Of a stretch of 64,000 nt of DNA, positions 9,597-19,693 are shown in pieces. How positions within the stretch are numbered: the stretch's first letter is position 1; each line of letters starts with the position of its first letter. This DNA is from Candidatus Bathyarchaeota archaeon (GTDB lineage Archaea; Thermoproteota; Bathyarchaeia; Bathyarchaeales; Bathycorpusculaceae). Location of the stretch: NCBI GenBank assembly GCA_963775895.1, contig CAVZKL010000017.1:64001-128000 (forward strand). The letters run 5' to 3'. The position numbers and the translations under genes are program-made. The notes beneath the pieces are model-generated. The model was not told where the DNA came from and did no database searches. It saw only the letters and a list, made by a program, of their open reading frames with translations.

Positions 9597-11227
9597 ATTC
9601 GGCTCTCCAATATTTTTGACATGTAAACTCCATCGTAATCGTAACCGAACCGCTTGTAGTACTGTTTAGTGCCAAGGGCACTTATAACTAGAATCTTCTC
9701 AAAACCGTAATCATTCCGGGTTATGCGCTCGGCCTCGTTCAACAAAATGCCACCGTAACCTCTGTGTTGCCAAGCTTTTCGCAGGTGTTTGCCGACAGGA
9801 ACTAGCGTGCCGTAAACATGCAGTTCCCGCACCATTGTGCATGGTTCCGATGCAACTTCCGGCCTGTGGGCTTTGTCTGAGGGAACTCTCAGTCTCAGAT
9901 ACCCTATCAGAATGTCTCGCTCTGTGTTTTCAGCAGAAATGAAGATCTCTTTCCCTTCAGAAGCTTCATACTGTGTTCTTAGGATTTCAATTTCTGCTGG
10001 TTCCGGCCTCGGTGCTCCACTTCTGACCTTGTGACCGACTTCCCGGCAGCGGATGCAGCGGCACTTGGAACCTTCTTTTTCAAGTTTCTTTAGTGCGAGT
10101 TGACGTAGATTACTCTTATCCACTCCTCCTAATATCAGGGGGGCAGGGATGTCTCGTTGAACCCTCATTATTCTAATCCATGGTGGAACAATTTTCTTTA
10201 TTTCAGCAACAAGATTCACCGCTTCCTCGGTCGTGTAGGGCATATATTTGCCTTCCTTAAACCATTCATAGGTCTTCGTGTTTTTGAGAACCAAGCATGG
10301 GTAGATCTTGATCATGTCGGGTTTGAACTTTGAGTCTGTGAAGATCTTTTTGAATATCTTCAGGTCCTTTTCTGGGGTCGTGCCGGGAAGTCCTGGCATC
10401 ATGTGGTAAACGATTTTTAATCCTGAGTCTTTCGTTATTCGTGTGGCTTCAACGACGTCGGATACCGTGTGCTTTCTTCCGACAATACGATAAATTGCGT
10501 CGCTTGGATGTTGCACTCCCATCTCAACACGCGTTACACCCATAGCCAACATGCTGTCTACGTGTGCTTCTTTAGCCCAATCAGGGCGAGTTTCCACGGT
10601 TATTCCGACGTTGTGGATTCTGCTTGATTCAGCGTTCTTCTTTGCCGCTTCCAGACTGAATGATATTTTTCCCGTGATCGCGTCGAGGCATCGTTGTATG
10701 AACCAGCTTTGATAATCTGGAGGCGTTGCCGGGAACGTTCCCCCCATGATTATTAATTCAACCTTGTCCACTTTGTGGCCGATTGCCATCAACTGCTCCA
10801 TACGAGTCTTCACTTGCTTATACGGGTCAAACTGATTTTGCAGACCGCGCATTGCTGCTGGCTCGTGTCCCGTGTAGCTTTGTGGAACGCCTTGTGTTGG
10901 CCCTCCTGGGCAGTAGGCACAGGGTTCATCTTGGGGGCACTCGTACGGCTTGGTCATGGTAGCTATGATTGTCACGCCTGATATTGTACGGGTAGTCTTT
11001 CTGGTCAGGAGTGGGAGCAGTTTGCCTTTGTCGCTGGGCTTGAGCAAGCGGATTATTTCCGAGTTTGAGGTTGTCTTTTCAAGATGGTACTTGGATGCTG
11101 CCCGCGCTTTTGCGCGACTCAAATCTCGACTGGTCGGTGAGGGAATTAGCATCAGGCTTCGAATTATCTCTTCTACTGGCTCTTTCTCGTCCAAGATCGG
11201 GGCCGCCATTGGTTGAACTAGCGTCAC
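9593..11227 (-). CDS. elp3: tRNA U34 acetyltransferase Elp3 (radical SAM plus KAT)
   Basis: CPQDEPCAYCPGG, QSYTGHEPAA, ETRPD, VRELHVYG, QHRGYG. Confidence 0.95.
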   Translation of the reverse strand: MTLVQPMAAPILDEKEPVEEIIRSLMLIPSPTSRDLSRAKARAASKYHLEKTTSNSEIIRLLKPSDKGKLLPLLTRKTTRTISGVTIIATMTKPYECPQDEPCAYCPGGPTQGVPQSYTGHEPAAMRGLQNQFDPYKQVKTRMEQLMAIGHKVDKVELIIMGGTFPATPPDYQSWFIQRCLDAITGKISFSLEAAKKNAESSRIHNVGITVETRPDWAKEAHVDSMLAMGVTRVEMGVQHPSDAIYRIVGRKHTVSDVVEATRITKDSGLKIVYHMMPGLPGTTPEKDLKIFKKIFTDSKFKPDMIKIYPCLVLKNTKTYEWFKEGKYMPYTTEEAVNLVAEIKKIVPPWIRIMRVQRDIPAPLILGGVDKSNLRQLALKKLEKEGSKCRCIRCREVGHKVRSGAPRPEPAEIEILRTQYEASEGKEIFISAENTERDILIGYLRLRVPSDKAHRPEVASEPCTMVRELHVYGTLVPVGKHLRKAWQHRGYGGILLNEAERITRNDYGFEKILVISALGTKQYYKRFGYDYDGVYMSKILESRI

Positions 11228-11249
11228 TCACGTAGATAAATCGCGCTAA

Positions 11250-12830
11250 TCAGTCACGTTGTCTGGAATATGTGATCTTACCGTTGACGATTACCGCGTC
11301 CACGGTGACGTCTCGTATCATGTTTCGCGGAGTTTGGGTCAAGTCTTTTGAAAAGATCGTCAGATCAGCGTACTTGCCTTTTTCAATCGTTCCCTTTTTG
11401 TTTTCATCGAACGACGCGTACGCAGCGTTGATGGTGTACGTTCTCAATGCCTCTTCTAAGGCAAGGCTTTCATTTGATTTATCTTTCCTATCGATTGCAG
11501 CCCAGAGCCCCAACAATGGGTTGATCAGCTCGACAGGACAATCTGAGCCAGAAGCCACAACTATTCCTCGATCAATTAGCGTTTTGAAGGGGTAGGCCCA
11601 TCTTGCCCTTTGAGGCCCGACACGGTCAAGAGTCCAGAAATCTGAGACTACGAAATGAGGTTGCACTGATGCGATGAGACCTAGATGTTTCATCCGCGAG
11701 ATCAATTCAGCGCTTATAATTGAGCAATGTTCGATCCGATGCCTGTGATCTTTTCGCGGCGACTTCTCTAGCGCCTTTTCAATGGCCTGAATAACGTTTT
11801 CTATGGCACGATCACCAATTGCGTGAACCCCTATCTGTAATCCGTTTGAATGTGCCTTCAGAATCAGTTCTTGCAGCCTTTCCTGCGCGTAAAGCATAAT
11901 TCCCCTCGTTTTTGGATCGTCCGTATATCCTTCCTTGAGGGCTGCTGTGCGAGTGCCTAGTGAGCCATCAGCCAGAATCTTGACAAAGCCTACTTTCAGC
12001 ATGTCATTCCCGAATCCTGTGACGAGACCTAGACGCACCATTTCGTCCAACATTTCCACTGGTATGCCAAGGTAGATTCTCAGGGACAGTTTCTCCTCCG
12101 AGAGCATTTTTTGTAGAACACGCACTTCTTCAGCAGAGTTTACAAGCCAGTGAACCTCCGTCAAACCTGATTCCACCGCTTTCTGGCAGGCCAAAAAACA
12201 TGCTTCCTCGTAGGTTTTGCTGCTTGGGTTCGGAACTAGTCTCCAAACGAGACCGGTCGCGTTGCCTCTTAGGATGCCATTAGGCTCTCCTTTGTGCTCG
12301 TCTAAGTCTACGACTCCACCTTTGACTTTGGTGCGTTTGGTTATTCCTGCAAGTTGGAGAGCCCTGCTGTTGGCGACCGATAAGTGTCCGCAGACTCGGT
12401 TGAGAAAGACGGGTTTGTCTGAAACTACAGCGTCGAGGTCCCATCTGGTTGGGTAGCGTCTTTCTGAGAATTTTTCTTCGTCCCATCGTCCACCTAAGAT
12501 CCATTCTTGCTCAGGGTTCTTTTCGGCGTATTCACGAAGGTTGTTCTGCATTTCTTTTATCGATTTTGAGTGCCTTAGATTCGGTTCTTGCAGTGAAAAC
12601 CCGAATTCTTTCATGTGGACGTGACAGTCGACCAGCCCCGGCACGACTGTGTTGTGTTTGCAGTCGATGATTTTTGTGTCTTTGCATCTGAGTTTGAGAA
12701 CTTCTGCTTTGGAACCGACGGCAACTATCTTTTCGCCATGAATTGCGATTGCTTCAGCCCTAGGGTGTTTAGGGTCCAAGGTTATGACATTGGCGTTAAG
12801 AACCAGGATACTAGACTCTGGAACGTTCAT
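11250..12830 (-). CDS. Metal-dependent amidohydrolase (YtcJ-like, Amidohydro_3)
   Basis: PGLVDCHVH, KILADGSLG, HAIGDRA, RIEHC, GSDCP. Confidence 0.9.
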   Translation of the reverse strand: MNVPESSILVLNANVITLDPKHPRAEAIAIHGEKIVAVGSKAEVLKLRCKDTKIIDCKHNTVVPGLVDCHVHMKEFGFSLQEPNLRHSKSIKEMQNNLREYAEKNPEQEWILGGRWDEEKFSERRYPTRWDLDAVVSDKPVFLNRVCGHLSVANSRALQLAGITKRTKVKGGVVDLDEHKGEPNGILRGNATGLVWRLVPNPSSKTYEEACFLACQKAVESGLTEVHWLVNSAEEVRVLQKMLSEEKLSLRIYLGIPVEMLDEMVRLGLVTGFGNDMLKVGFVKILADGSLGTRTAALKEGYTDDPKTRGIMLYAQERLQELILKAHSNGLQIGVHAIGDRAIENVIQAIEKALEKSPRKDHRHRIEHCSIISAELISRMKHLGLIASVQPHFVVSDFWTLDRVGPQRARWAYPFKTLIDRGIVVASGSDCPVELINPLLGLWAAIDRKDKSNESLALEEALRTYTINAAYASFDENKKGTIEKGKYADLTIFSKDLTQTPRNMIRDVTVDAVIVNGKITYSRQRD

Positions 12831-12857
12831 GAATGTTCGGAAACCAGAGTTACAGCC

Positions 12858-13019
12858 TTAAACCCAGTTTTGCCCAGGCTTTCTCTGGAGGATTACCCTC
12901 TTCTCGTAGTTCCGCTTATTTCTGAAACGCGGGCTTGGACTCTTCTTAGGAGTAGCCTGAATCTTGGGAGTCTGAGATCTAACTTTTCCTGCTTTTGAAA
13001 GTGAACCGTGAGTGGGCAT
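12858..13019 (-). CDS. rps30e: 30S ribosomal protein S30e (53 aa, missing from the ORF track)
   Basis: Hand translation [53 protein letters not shown]. Confidence 0.95.
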   Translation of the reverse strand: MPTHGSLSKAGKVRSQTPKIQATPKKSPSPRFRNKRNYEKRVILQRKPGQNWV

Positions 13020-13092
13020 AATTTCGCACCTTTTTCATGTAGAAGCCCACAGCAACTCTTAAACATTTCCGCACAACATTCAGATAGATAAT

Positions 13093-13180
13093 GCGGGGGT
13101 CGCCGAGCATGGTCAAAGGCGTAGGCTTCAGGAGCCTATCCCGCAGGGGTTCGTGGGTTCAAATCCCACCCCCCGCACCA
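13093..13180 (+). tRNA. tRNA-Leu(CAG)
   Basis: GCGGGGG acceptor stem, anticodon arm TAGGC-TTCAGGA-GCCTA, long variable arm, GTTCAAATC T-loop, encoded CCA. Confidence 0.95.
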
Positions 13181-13278
13181 CATGTTGAAAGATGACGGGG
13201 GTCCTGAAATCAACGGTTTATTGATCGGAAGCCAAGGGATCTTTGGGTTTTGCGAAGATCTTGCCACCGTCAGTGTAT

Positions 13279-14938
13279 TCACCGGTACAGTACTTCTATC
13301 CGTCTTCGATGAGAGCGCAGGCTTCGTTGACGTTGTGAGCTATCTTTGTAACGTATTCTTGTTCGTTTTTGAATAGCACTTGGGCAAGGTGGATGTATCG
13401 CAGCGCGCACGCTATTAGAATGCTTTCTTCCCAATAGGGAAGAGTGATATTTTGAAACTGTGTTTTCCAAGCTCCAGAGCCTTTGGGCAGGGTATTCTTG
13501 GGCCTGCGTCTCCGTGACTTAGAATCTGAACGCTGCGAACCAGTGTGAAATAGGCGTCTCCGTTATCTTTGACTTCATAGTCGAAGCAATCGTCGCTACT
13601 GAAGCGAAGCCCATTACCGTTTTGATCTTTGTATTCGAAGAAATCGTTGAGGGCATGCGGAGTGTTCAGTTTTCTCTCGACGAAAACGTCTTTGCAAAGA
13701 TGATGAATCAATCTGCCATTTCTTATACCAGTGTTCACGATGAGCCTTAGGACGTGTCTGGGATATTGGAAATTTGTTTGGACCAGCAGATCCAAGGTGG
13801 AATCGTTAAGACGTGATTTTAACTTGACGGAGTTTTGGGAAAGGGCAACTTTCACTGATGGTATGGTGTGGTATAGGTCTCCCTCTTCAGATTTAAGTTC
13901 GAAGGAAATCTTGCGCAGGAAATTTCCTTTGTATGCTTTTCCTTTCGTTACTGCTTTTTTGGCAATTTGGATATTTTTTAGCTTTTTCTCCGCGTTTGGA
14001 TATACTTCGTCGATCCCAGTGCCGCAGATGAGGTCGTGGAATGTTGCATAGAGTAAATTCTTCCATTCTTCATCATCAGCTTCTTTGTTTAATACTTCTT
14101 TTTCAGCGCTTCTATAGAGTTGCTTGAAACTGATTCTGCTGCTATAATATCCTTTGAAATTACGCGTAATCGGATAACATCTCGCCTGTTATCGTCGGTA
14201 ACTTGCTGTTTTTCTAATTCCCTGAAGAATTCTGAAGGTAAAGCGAATTTAGCTCCTTTAGTTTCATGAACCTGTTGAATGAGTTTTTCATGTGGGACAC
14301 AGAAATCTCCTCCAAAAGGTATGAAAGCAAGGTCTGTTGTAGGCTCTAAGGGCATGTGTAGCTTTCGCTAAACTGTTAAAGTAATACCCGAACAAGCTAT
14401 AACCATGCTTCATCCAGTGGGCAAGAATGGTAGTTCCGTCTGTTCCAGTCCAATAAAATTCTTGGGTAGAGTCAGGTTCATTCATCCCTCTCCAAAAAAC
14501 GTAATATTTTAGGTTTGCTTCTCTCGCTATTTTGGGCATGATTCCCGGATGTCCAAAGCAATCAATCATCCAGGCAACTTGAGGTTTTGTGTTAAATTCT
14601 TTTTTAGCAAAATCATTCATGATTTCATAATTCTTCTTTATTACAAATGGAGAAATAAGATTAAGATCCGGCATCACATATCCTGCGTTAACAACTTCTA
14701 TCCTACCTTCAAGAATCCTATCAGCAACTTGAAGGAATAATTTTGGCCTTTCCATTTTCATCTTCTCAAGATAGAATGCTTGATCAACAACATACTTGAA
14801 ACTCCTATCTTTTTCCATTATTTCCATGACTTTACCCAAGATTTTGTAGACTTTTTTCAAGTATTCCTTTTCTGTGTTAATCCATGCAACATCGTAATGA
14901 AAATGGGGAATTACGAATACTCTCTTCTCTAAATCCAT
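13279..14938 (-). pseudogene. GH38 alpha-mannosidase-like gene, broken into several frames
   Basis: IPHFHYDVAW zinc motif, AWMIDCFGH nucleophile region, TFHDLICGTG (read by hand near 14020-14045), TLVRSV...DAGP; AT-rich; 3' end approximate. Confidence 0.75.
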
Positions 14939-15105
14939 AAAATCAAACCGGTGGACGGAATTTAAGAACTTTGCTGCCTTCGAAGTTGGACTAAGACAAA
15001 GATATTCAGAAGCCCACGCGCGCTAACCCAAGAGCAGTAATGTCAATTGGAAAAAAGGGGGTTTTGCGGGAGATGTTAAGTTCTGCTTCAATATCGCCAG
15101 CTTGA

Positions 15106-15131
15106 CGTGGGTTCAAATCCCACCCCCGCAC
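15106..15131 (+). repeat. Direct repeat of the tRNA-Leu 3' end (att-like site)
   Basis: CGTGGGTTCAAATCCCACCCCCGCAC matches 13152-13178 except for one C in the C-run. Confidence 0.85.
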
Positions 15132-15162
15132 TACAATTTGGGTCCAGCTTAAGTCACGTGCC

Positions 15163-16112
15163 TCATTTCACAGCTTCTTCTGTAATAATCTTTGGAGTTC
15201 TGGTCCATCCGGAATAATGGTGTGTCTTGGAAAGAAATTCTCTTAGAAGAAGGTACATCTCCTTTACGTTGATGGCTATTAGCGATACTAGCGTTAGGAG
15301 CGGGATCAAAGCGTAATAATAAAGCGGCGTCGAAGCTCCACGCTGGACTACCATCTGCAAGAATCCCGCACCTATTCCGTCGATCAGAAGTGGGAAATTG
15401 AGCAAAACGAGGCTGGCCACCAATGATAATCCTGCTCTTTTCAAGTCTAGCTTGTTGTAAAAGGCGAACAAGGGAAGCGAGAGTAAGAAAAACCTCGGGT
15501 CAAAAGCTCCTAGGCCCAGCACGATTCCTGACGGGATCGGTCGGCGAGTCCGACCCAAATAGAACGAGAGCAAGAGAAGAGTCGTGTTTAACACTTTGTC
15601 CTGTCCTTCGGCCCACTGCCAATAGTAGCTCACCGACAATCCCCAGTGCGGGACTGGCGATGGTTGAAGTAGTGCTATGATGATTACGACTGCTATTGCA
15701 AGGGCGCTTCTGTCTTTGAGCAACTCGTAGATCAAGAACGCCATGACGGGTAGAAGAAGCAATTGTATCAAGTCGAATGCTATCAAAGCCTGCTGGTAAT
15801 TCAAGGCTAGCAGGGGAGAGGCAAAATCAAGAATGAGGGCAGATACTTGAAAGGCTCAGGTTGCGGATAGATAGAAGGTCCCCCGTCGTTAACTGCGCCT
15901 TGAGTGTAAACGTTCGACGGATCATGAAGGAACCTCCACGAGGCCGTGTAGTAGGCTGAAAAATCCTTCGCGAGAATTTGATTAGCACAACATCCAGGAT
16001 CCACGATGAAAGTCTCGGGATATGCTTGAATGAAGGTGTACAAGTTGAGGAGGATCGCAACTATTACGATCAAGAGCAGAATTATTTTCTTCCTAGCTTC
16101 CTTCTTCAACAC
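15163..16112 (-). CDS. GT87/DUF2029-like membrane glycosyltransferase (frameshift near 15810)
   Basis: DFSAYYTAS...FKYLPSF motif, multiple TM helices, EGQ motif. Confidence 0.6.
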
Positions 16113-16337
16113 GAAAGCGATCCCACCATTTGCTTGAAAATAATCGTAGCGTATTTAGCGTTATCGACGTACGCCATGAAACCTACGAAGCTATCAAACA
16201 ATATGCTGAGGACACTTTCAAAGAACCGTAATATTCACAATTCCCGTTTCGATACAAAGCCTTTGGCTTGATTCCTATTCAGACACTAGAGCATTAACGA
16301 TCGCCCAACTTGCCGTGCGCGTATGTCACGTGCGAGC

Positions 16338-17342
16338 TCAGAGACCGATGCTGTTGATGACGCTGCCTGAGTTGCCATCGATGACCAGGACTATCTTGTT
16401 CCCTTTGTGGTCGTAACGGGCAAACCATATCGGCGCGTAAAGCAGCTCTGAATCTGCGACGTCCACATCCGTGTGTAACTGCTGGATCATATGGTACTGC
16501 GCGTGCGCCTTCTCGGATTGCAACTGGTCGACGAGCGTCTTTGCCTGATATTTGGCTGCCTCTTCTCCAACGTCACCGTTCAGGATCTTTATACCCTTTG
16601 GGACCTTCGAGACATCAAAGAGTGTTCTGTCGTCGAGGTTGAACTGGTAATTTCTGGGCTGATGCTCAGTCAGAGCCTTGAGCGCTACTATCGGGAAATT
16701 GTAGTTGTTGTTCATCTCGTAGGTTTTCCTCGCGTTAGCCTTGACCAGGACCCATCATGCGAGCCCAGCACCGCTCCCGCAAGAAGAGGCCCTGCGAAAC
16801 CTCCCCACCGCGTCTGCCGCCGAAGCGCCGACCCCATCACGCCAGCGAGAGCGGCGGTGGTGGCGATCTCTCCAGCTTGAACTGCCATGTCACTGGCCAC
16901 GACGGATGTCCTTGCTGAGACAGAAACAATCCAATATGGAACAAAGCTCAGGTTTATCTCTTCGAGCGTTGAACTCTCCTGAAGATGTCTGTGGAGCAGT
17001 CCTCTGTCCATGAGGTCACGGGTCCTCGGCGACGACCTGGTCCTTTTCTGCAAACTTGAGCGGAAGCATCGTCTGTTTCTGTACGCCCCTCCAACCGTCG
17101 TTTCCTAATGTTATACCAGTTCCACAGTACTCACAGGTTATGATCATCTCGCCGAATTTGGGCGTGATAGGTGCGCCACAATTGGGGCACTTCAGCGCCT
17201 TTGCTCCCAAAGGGGCAATGATCGGTGCCGTCGAAGCTGCGGTCTGCTTTGCTTGTGCAGTGGCAAGGTTGGTTCCGCACTTGATGCAGAAGACGGCATC
17301 ATCTGGAAGTTGGGTTCCGCACTTAGGACAGTACAAGTTCAC
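16338..17342 (-). CDS. Zinc-ribbon domain protein (frameshifted into three ORFs)
   Basis: CPKC/CIKC and CPNC/CEYC ribbons, FVPYW, LLYAPIW...VIDGNSG C-terminus. Confidence 0.6.
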
Positions 17343-17662
17343 TGCACCTCATCACGGCAATTTGTCTCTTTCGATAGATACGTGATCGTGCTGACTTTCG
17401 CCAGCTTGTTCTGGAAAACTGTTCTTTTGTGTATGAATCGTCTTGTGGCAATCTGACAACTCAGAAACTTACGTCTGAGGTTTTTTGCACATGGTCTCCT
17501 AAATACTTGTTGGCGCATACGGAATCGAACAGCATCGATCAACCGCCTCTTGTTGACCGTTACCTAACGTTCGTGTTCTCCCTGACGAGGCAAACACAAG
17601 CTTTTATTGTGGCATAGGCTTCCCTTTACGGCAACGTCTTCGACGGCGAAAGTGAAGTTTGC

Positions 17663-18652
17663 TTGGAAAATGCCATAGAGACGAGTGATCTTACGAGGCG
17701 CTTCAACGGACTCGTGGCAGTTGACGCCCTAAACATTGCGGTCGAACAAGGCGAAGTTTTCGGTTTGTTGGGGCCAAACGGTGCAGGCAAGACGACGACT
17801 ATCTCCATGCTCTGCACAATCTTGAAACCCACTTCCGGCACAGCGAGAGTCAACGGTTTTGACATTGTCAAGCAGGACACACAGGTACGCAAGTCGATCG
17901 GCATAGTCTTTCAGGATCCGAGCATCGACGACAGACTTACCGGACGAGAGAATCTTTACATGCACGCCAACCTCTACGGCGTTCCGACGGGGGAGCAGAA
18001 GTCACGCATCGACAGAATTCTGAAGTTGGTTGAGCTTGAAGACAGGGCTGACGATCTTATGCGGACCTACTCGGGCGGGATGAGACGTAGGCTGGAGATC
18101 GCTCGGGGTCTCATTCATTATCCAAAGGTCTTATTCTTAGACGAACCGACAATTGGGCTTGATCCTCAGACAAGGGAGCACATTTGGTCATACATAGAGG
18201 AACTGAGGAAAGCTCACGCCATCACGATCGTTCTGACAACGCACTACATGGAGGAGGCTGACAGACTTTCGGATCGGATAGCCATCATGGACTACGGTAA
18301 AATCGTGGCTTCAGACACGCCCTCTGGGTTGAAAGAAACCCTCGAAGGGGACGTCATAACGGTGAAGACCAAGGAGGCTGACAGGCTTTCTTCGGTACTG
18401 GCTGGGACGCCTGGGATTCTAAAGACCGTGGTCGCTGAAGACAGGGTCGACGTCACTGTTCGAGGCGGAAGGGCTCTTTTGCCCAGAATTGTTGAAACCG
18501 CTGCGAAAAACGGTGTGTTCGTTGAGTCCGTGTCTTTGCGTGAGCCGAACCTAGCGGATGTTTTCTTGCACTATACTGGTCGTGCGATTCGTCCTGAAGG
18601 TGGCGATGAACTACACGGACTGGCAGCCATCAGGAGGAGGCGCATCAAATGA
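17663..18652 (+). CDS. ABC transporter ATP-binding protein (DrrA-like)
   Basis: GPNGAGKT, YSGGM, FLDEPT. Confidence 0.93.
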   Translation: MENAIETSDLTRRFNGLVAVDALNIAVEQGEVFGLLGPNGAGKTTTISMLCTILKPTSGTARVNGFDIVKQDTQVRKSIGIVFQDPSIDDRLTGRENLYMHANLYGVPTGEQKSRIDRILKLVELEDRADDLMRTYSGGMRRRLEIARGLIHYPKVLFLDEPTIGLDPQTREHIWSYIEELRKAHAITIVLTTHYMEEADRLSDRIAIMDYGKIVASDTPSGLKETLEGDVITVKTKEADRLSSVLAGTPGILKTVVAEDRVDVTVRGGRALLPRIVETAAKNGVFVESVSLREPNLADVFLHYTGRAIRPEGGDELHGLAAIRRRRIK

Positions 18653-19410
18653 CCGAACTCAGGGGCGTCTACACGCTTTGGCTGCGTGAAGTCAAACGCT
18701 ATTTGCGAGATAGAGCAAGAATCATCAGCAGCTTCGTACAGCCATTGCTATGGCTGGTCATCTTCGGTAGTGGACTGCGCGTGGTGTCTGGATTACCGCC
18801 TAACCTAACGTATCAACAGTATATTTTTCCTGGGATACTTGGGCAGACGCTCCTTTTCACTTCGATGTTTATGGGCATATCCGTCATATGGGACAGAGAA
18901 TTTGGGTTTCTCAAAGAGATATTGGTGGCACCCATTTCGCGCCTTTCAGTATTCTTGGGGAAGATGTTGGGCGACAGCACAGACGCATTAATCCAAGGAA
19001 CAATCGTTTTCGCGCTGGGTCTGCTGCTGGGAATAGGCTTCGACCCTCGGACTTTTTTGGAGACTTTGCCCGTAATGATTTTGATCACTTTTGGACTCGT
19101 GGGGATAGGGCTAACGGTAGCTAGTTTCATAGAGAGTCTAGAAAGTTTCGGCGTGATCCAAAGTTTCATCAACCTGCCTCTATTCTTCCTGAGTGGTGCG
19201 CTTTTCCCGATCGGAGGAGATGCGCCCAGCTGGCTGCAAATCGTGTCAAGATTCAACCCGTTGACCTACGGCGTGGACGCTCTGAGAACGGTTATCCTAG
19301 GAAGCGCATGGACACCAATTCAACCACTGTCCTTTGACCTCGTGGTAGTATGCGGATTTGACATAATCATGATGATCATCGGAACAATCGCTTTCAGCAG
19401 AAGAAAATAG
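18649..19410 (+). CDS. ABC-2 type permease
   Basis: DREFGFLKEILVAP, FLSGALFP, NPLTYGVDALR; six TM helices. Confidence 0.92.
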   Translation: MTELRGVYTLWLREVKRYLRDRARIISSFVQPLLWLVIFGSGLRVVSGLPPNLTYQQYIFPGILGQTLLFTSMFMGISVIWDREFGFLKEILVAPISRLSVFLGKMLGDSTDALIQGTIVFALGLLLGIGFDPRTFLETLPVMILITFGLVGIGLTVASFIESLESFGVIQSFINLPLFFLSGALFPIGGDAPSWLQIVSRFNPLTYGVDALRTVILGSAWTPIQPLSFDLVVVCGFDIIMMIIGTIAFSRRK

Positions 19411-19693
19411 GCCAAGCCGAACGTGCAGGATCAGGAAACCAAAAGAGTCCAAGTGAACCGAAAGTCGTACCTTGTTTTGATTCTCAGAATACAATGCGCA
19501 TGTTCAGCTGTCAAAAGCCAAAACAGTCGTATACTCAGCAAGATTCTGTTTTGACAAAAAGCGTAAGCCACAGAGATTTGGATATTTCCTTCAAGAGACT
19601 CGCCAATATCCGTATAAGCTAATCTTACAATCAGGAATGGAAAGGGGAAATAGGTTTCACTGTAAAGATTCGCATTGGGAAATAGTGAAGTAA

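Noticed and set aside
15106-15131. Possible second or split tRNA gene
   Set aside because: Only the T-arm and 3' acceptor strand are present, with no D or anticodon arm and no CCA; better explained as an att duplication
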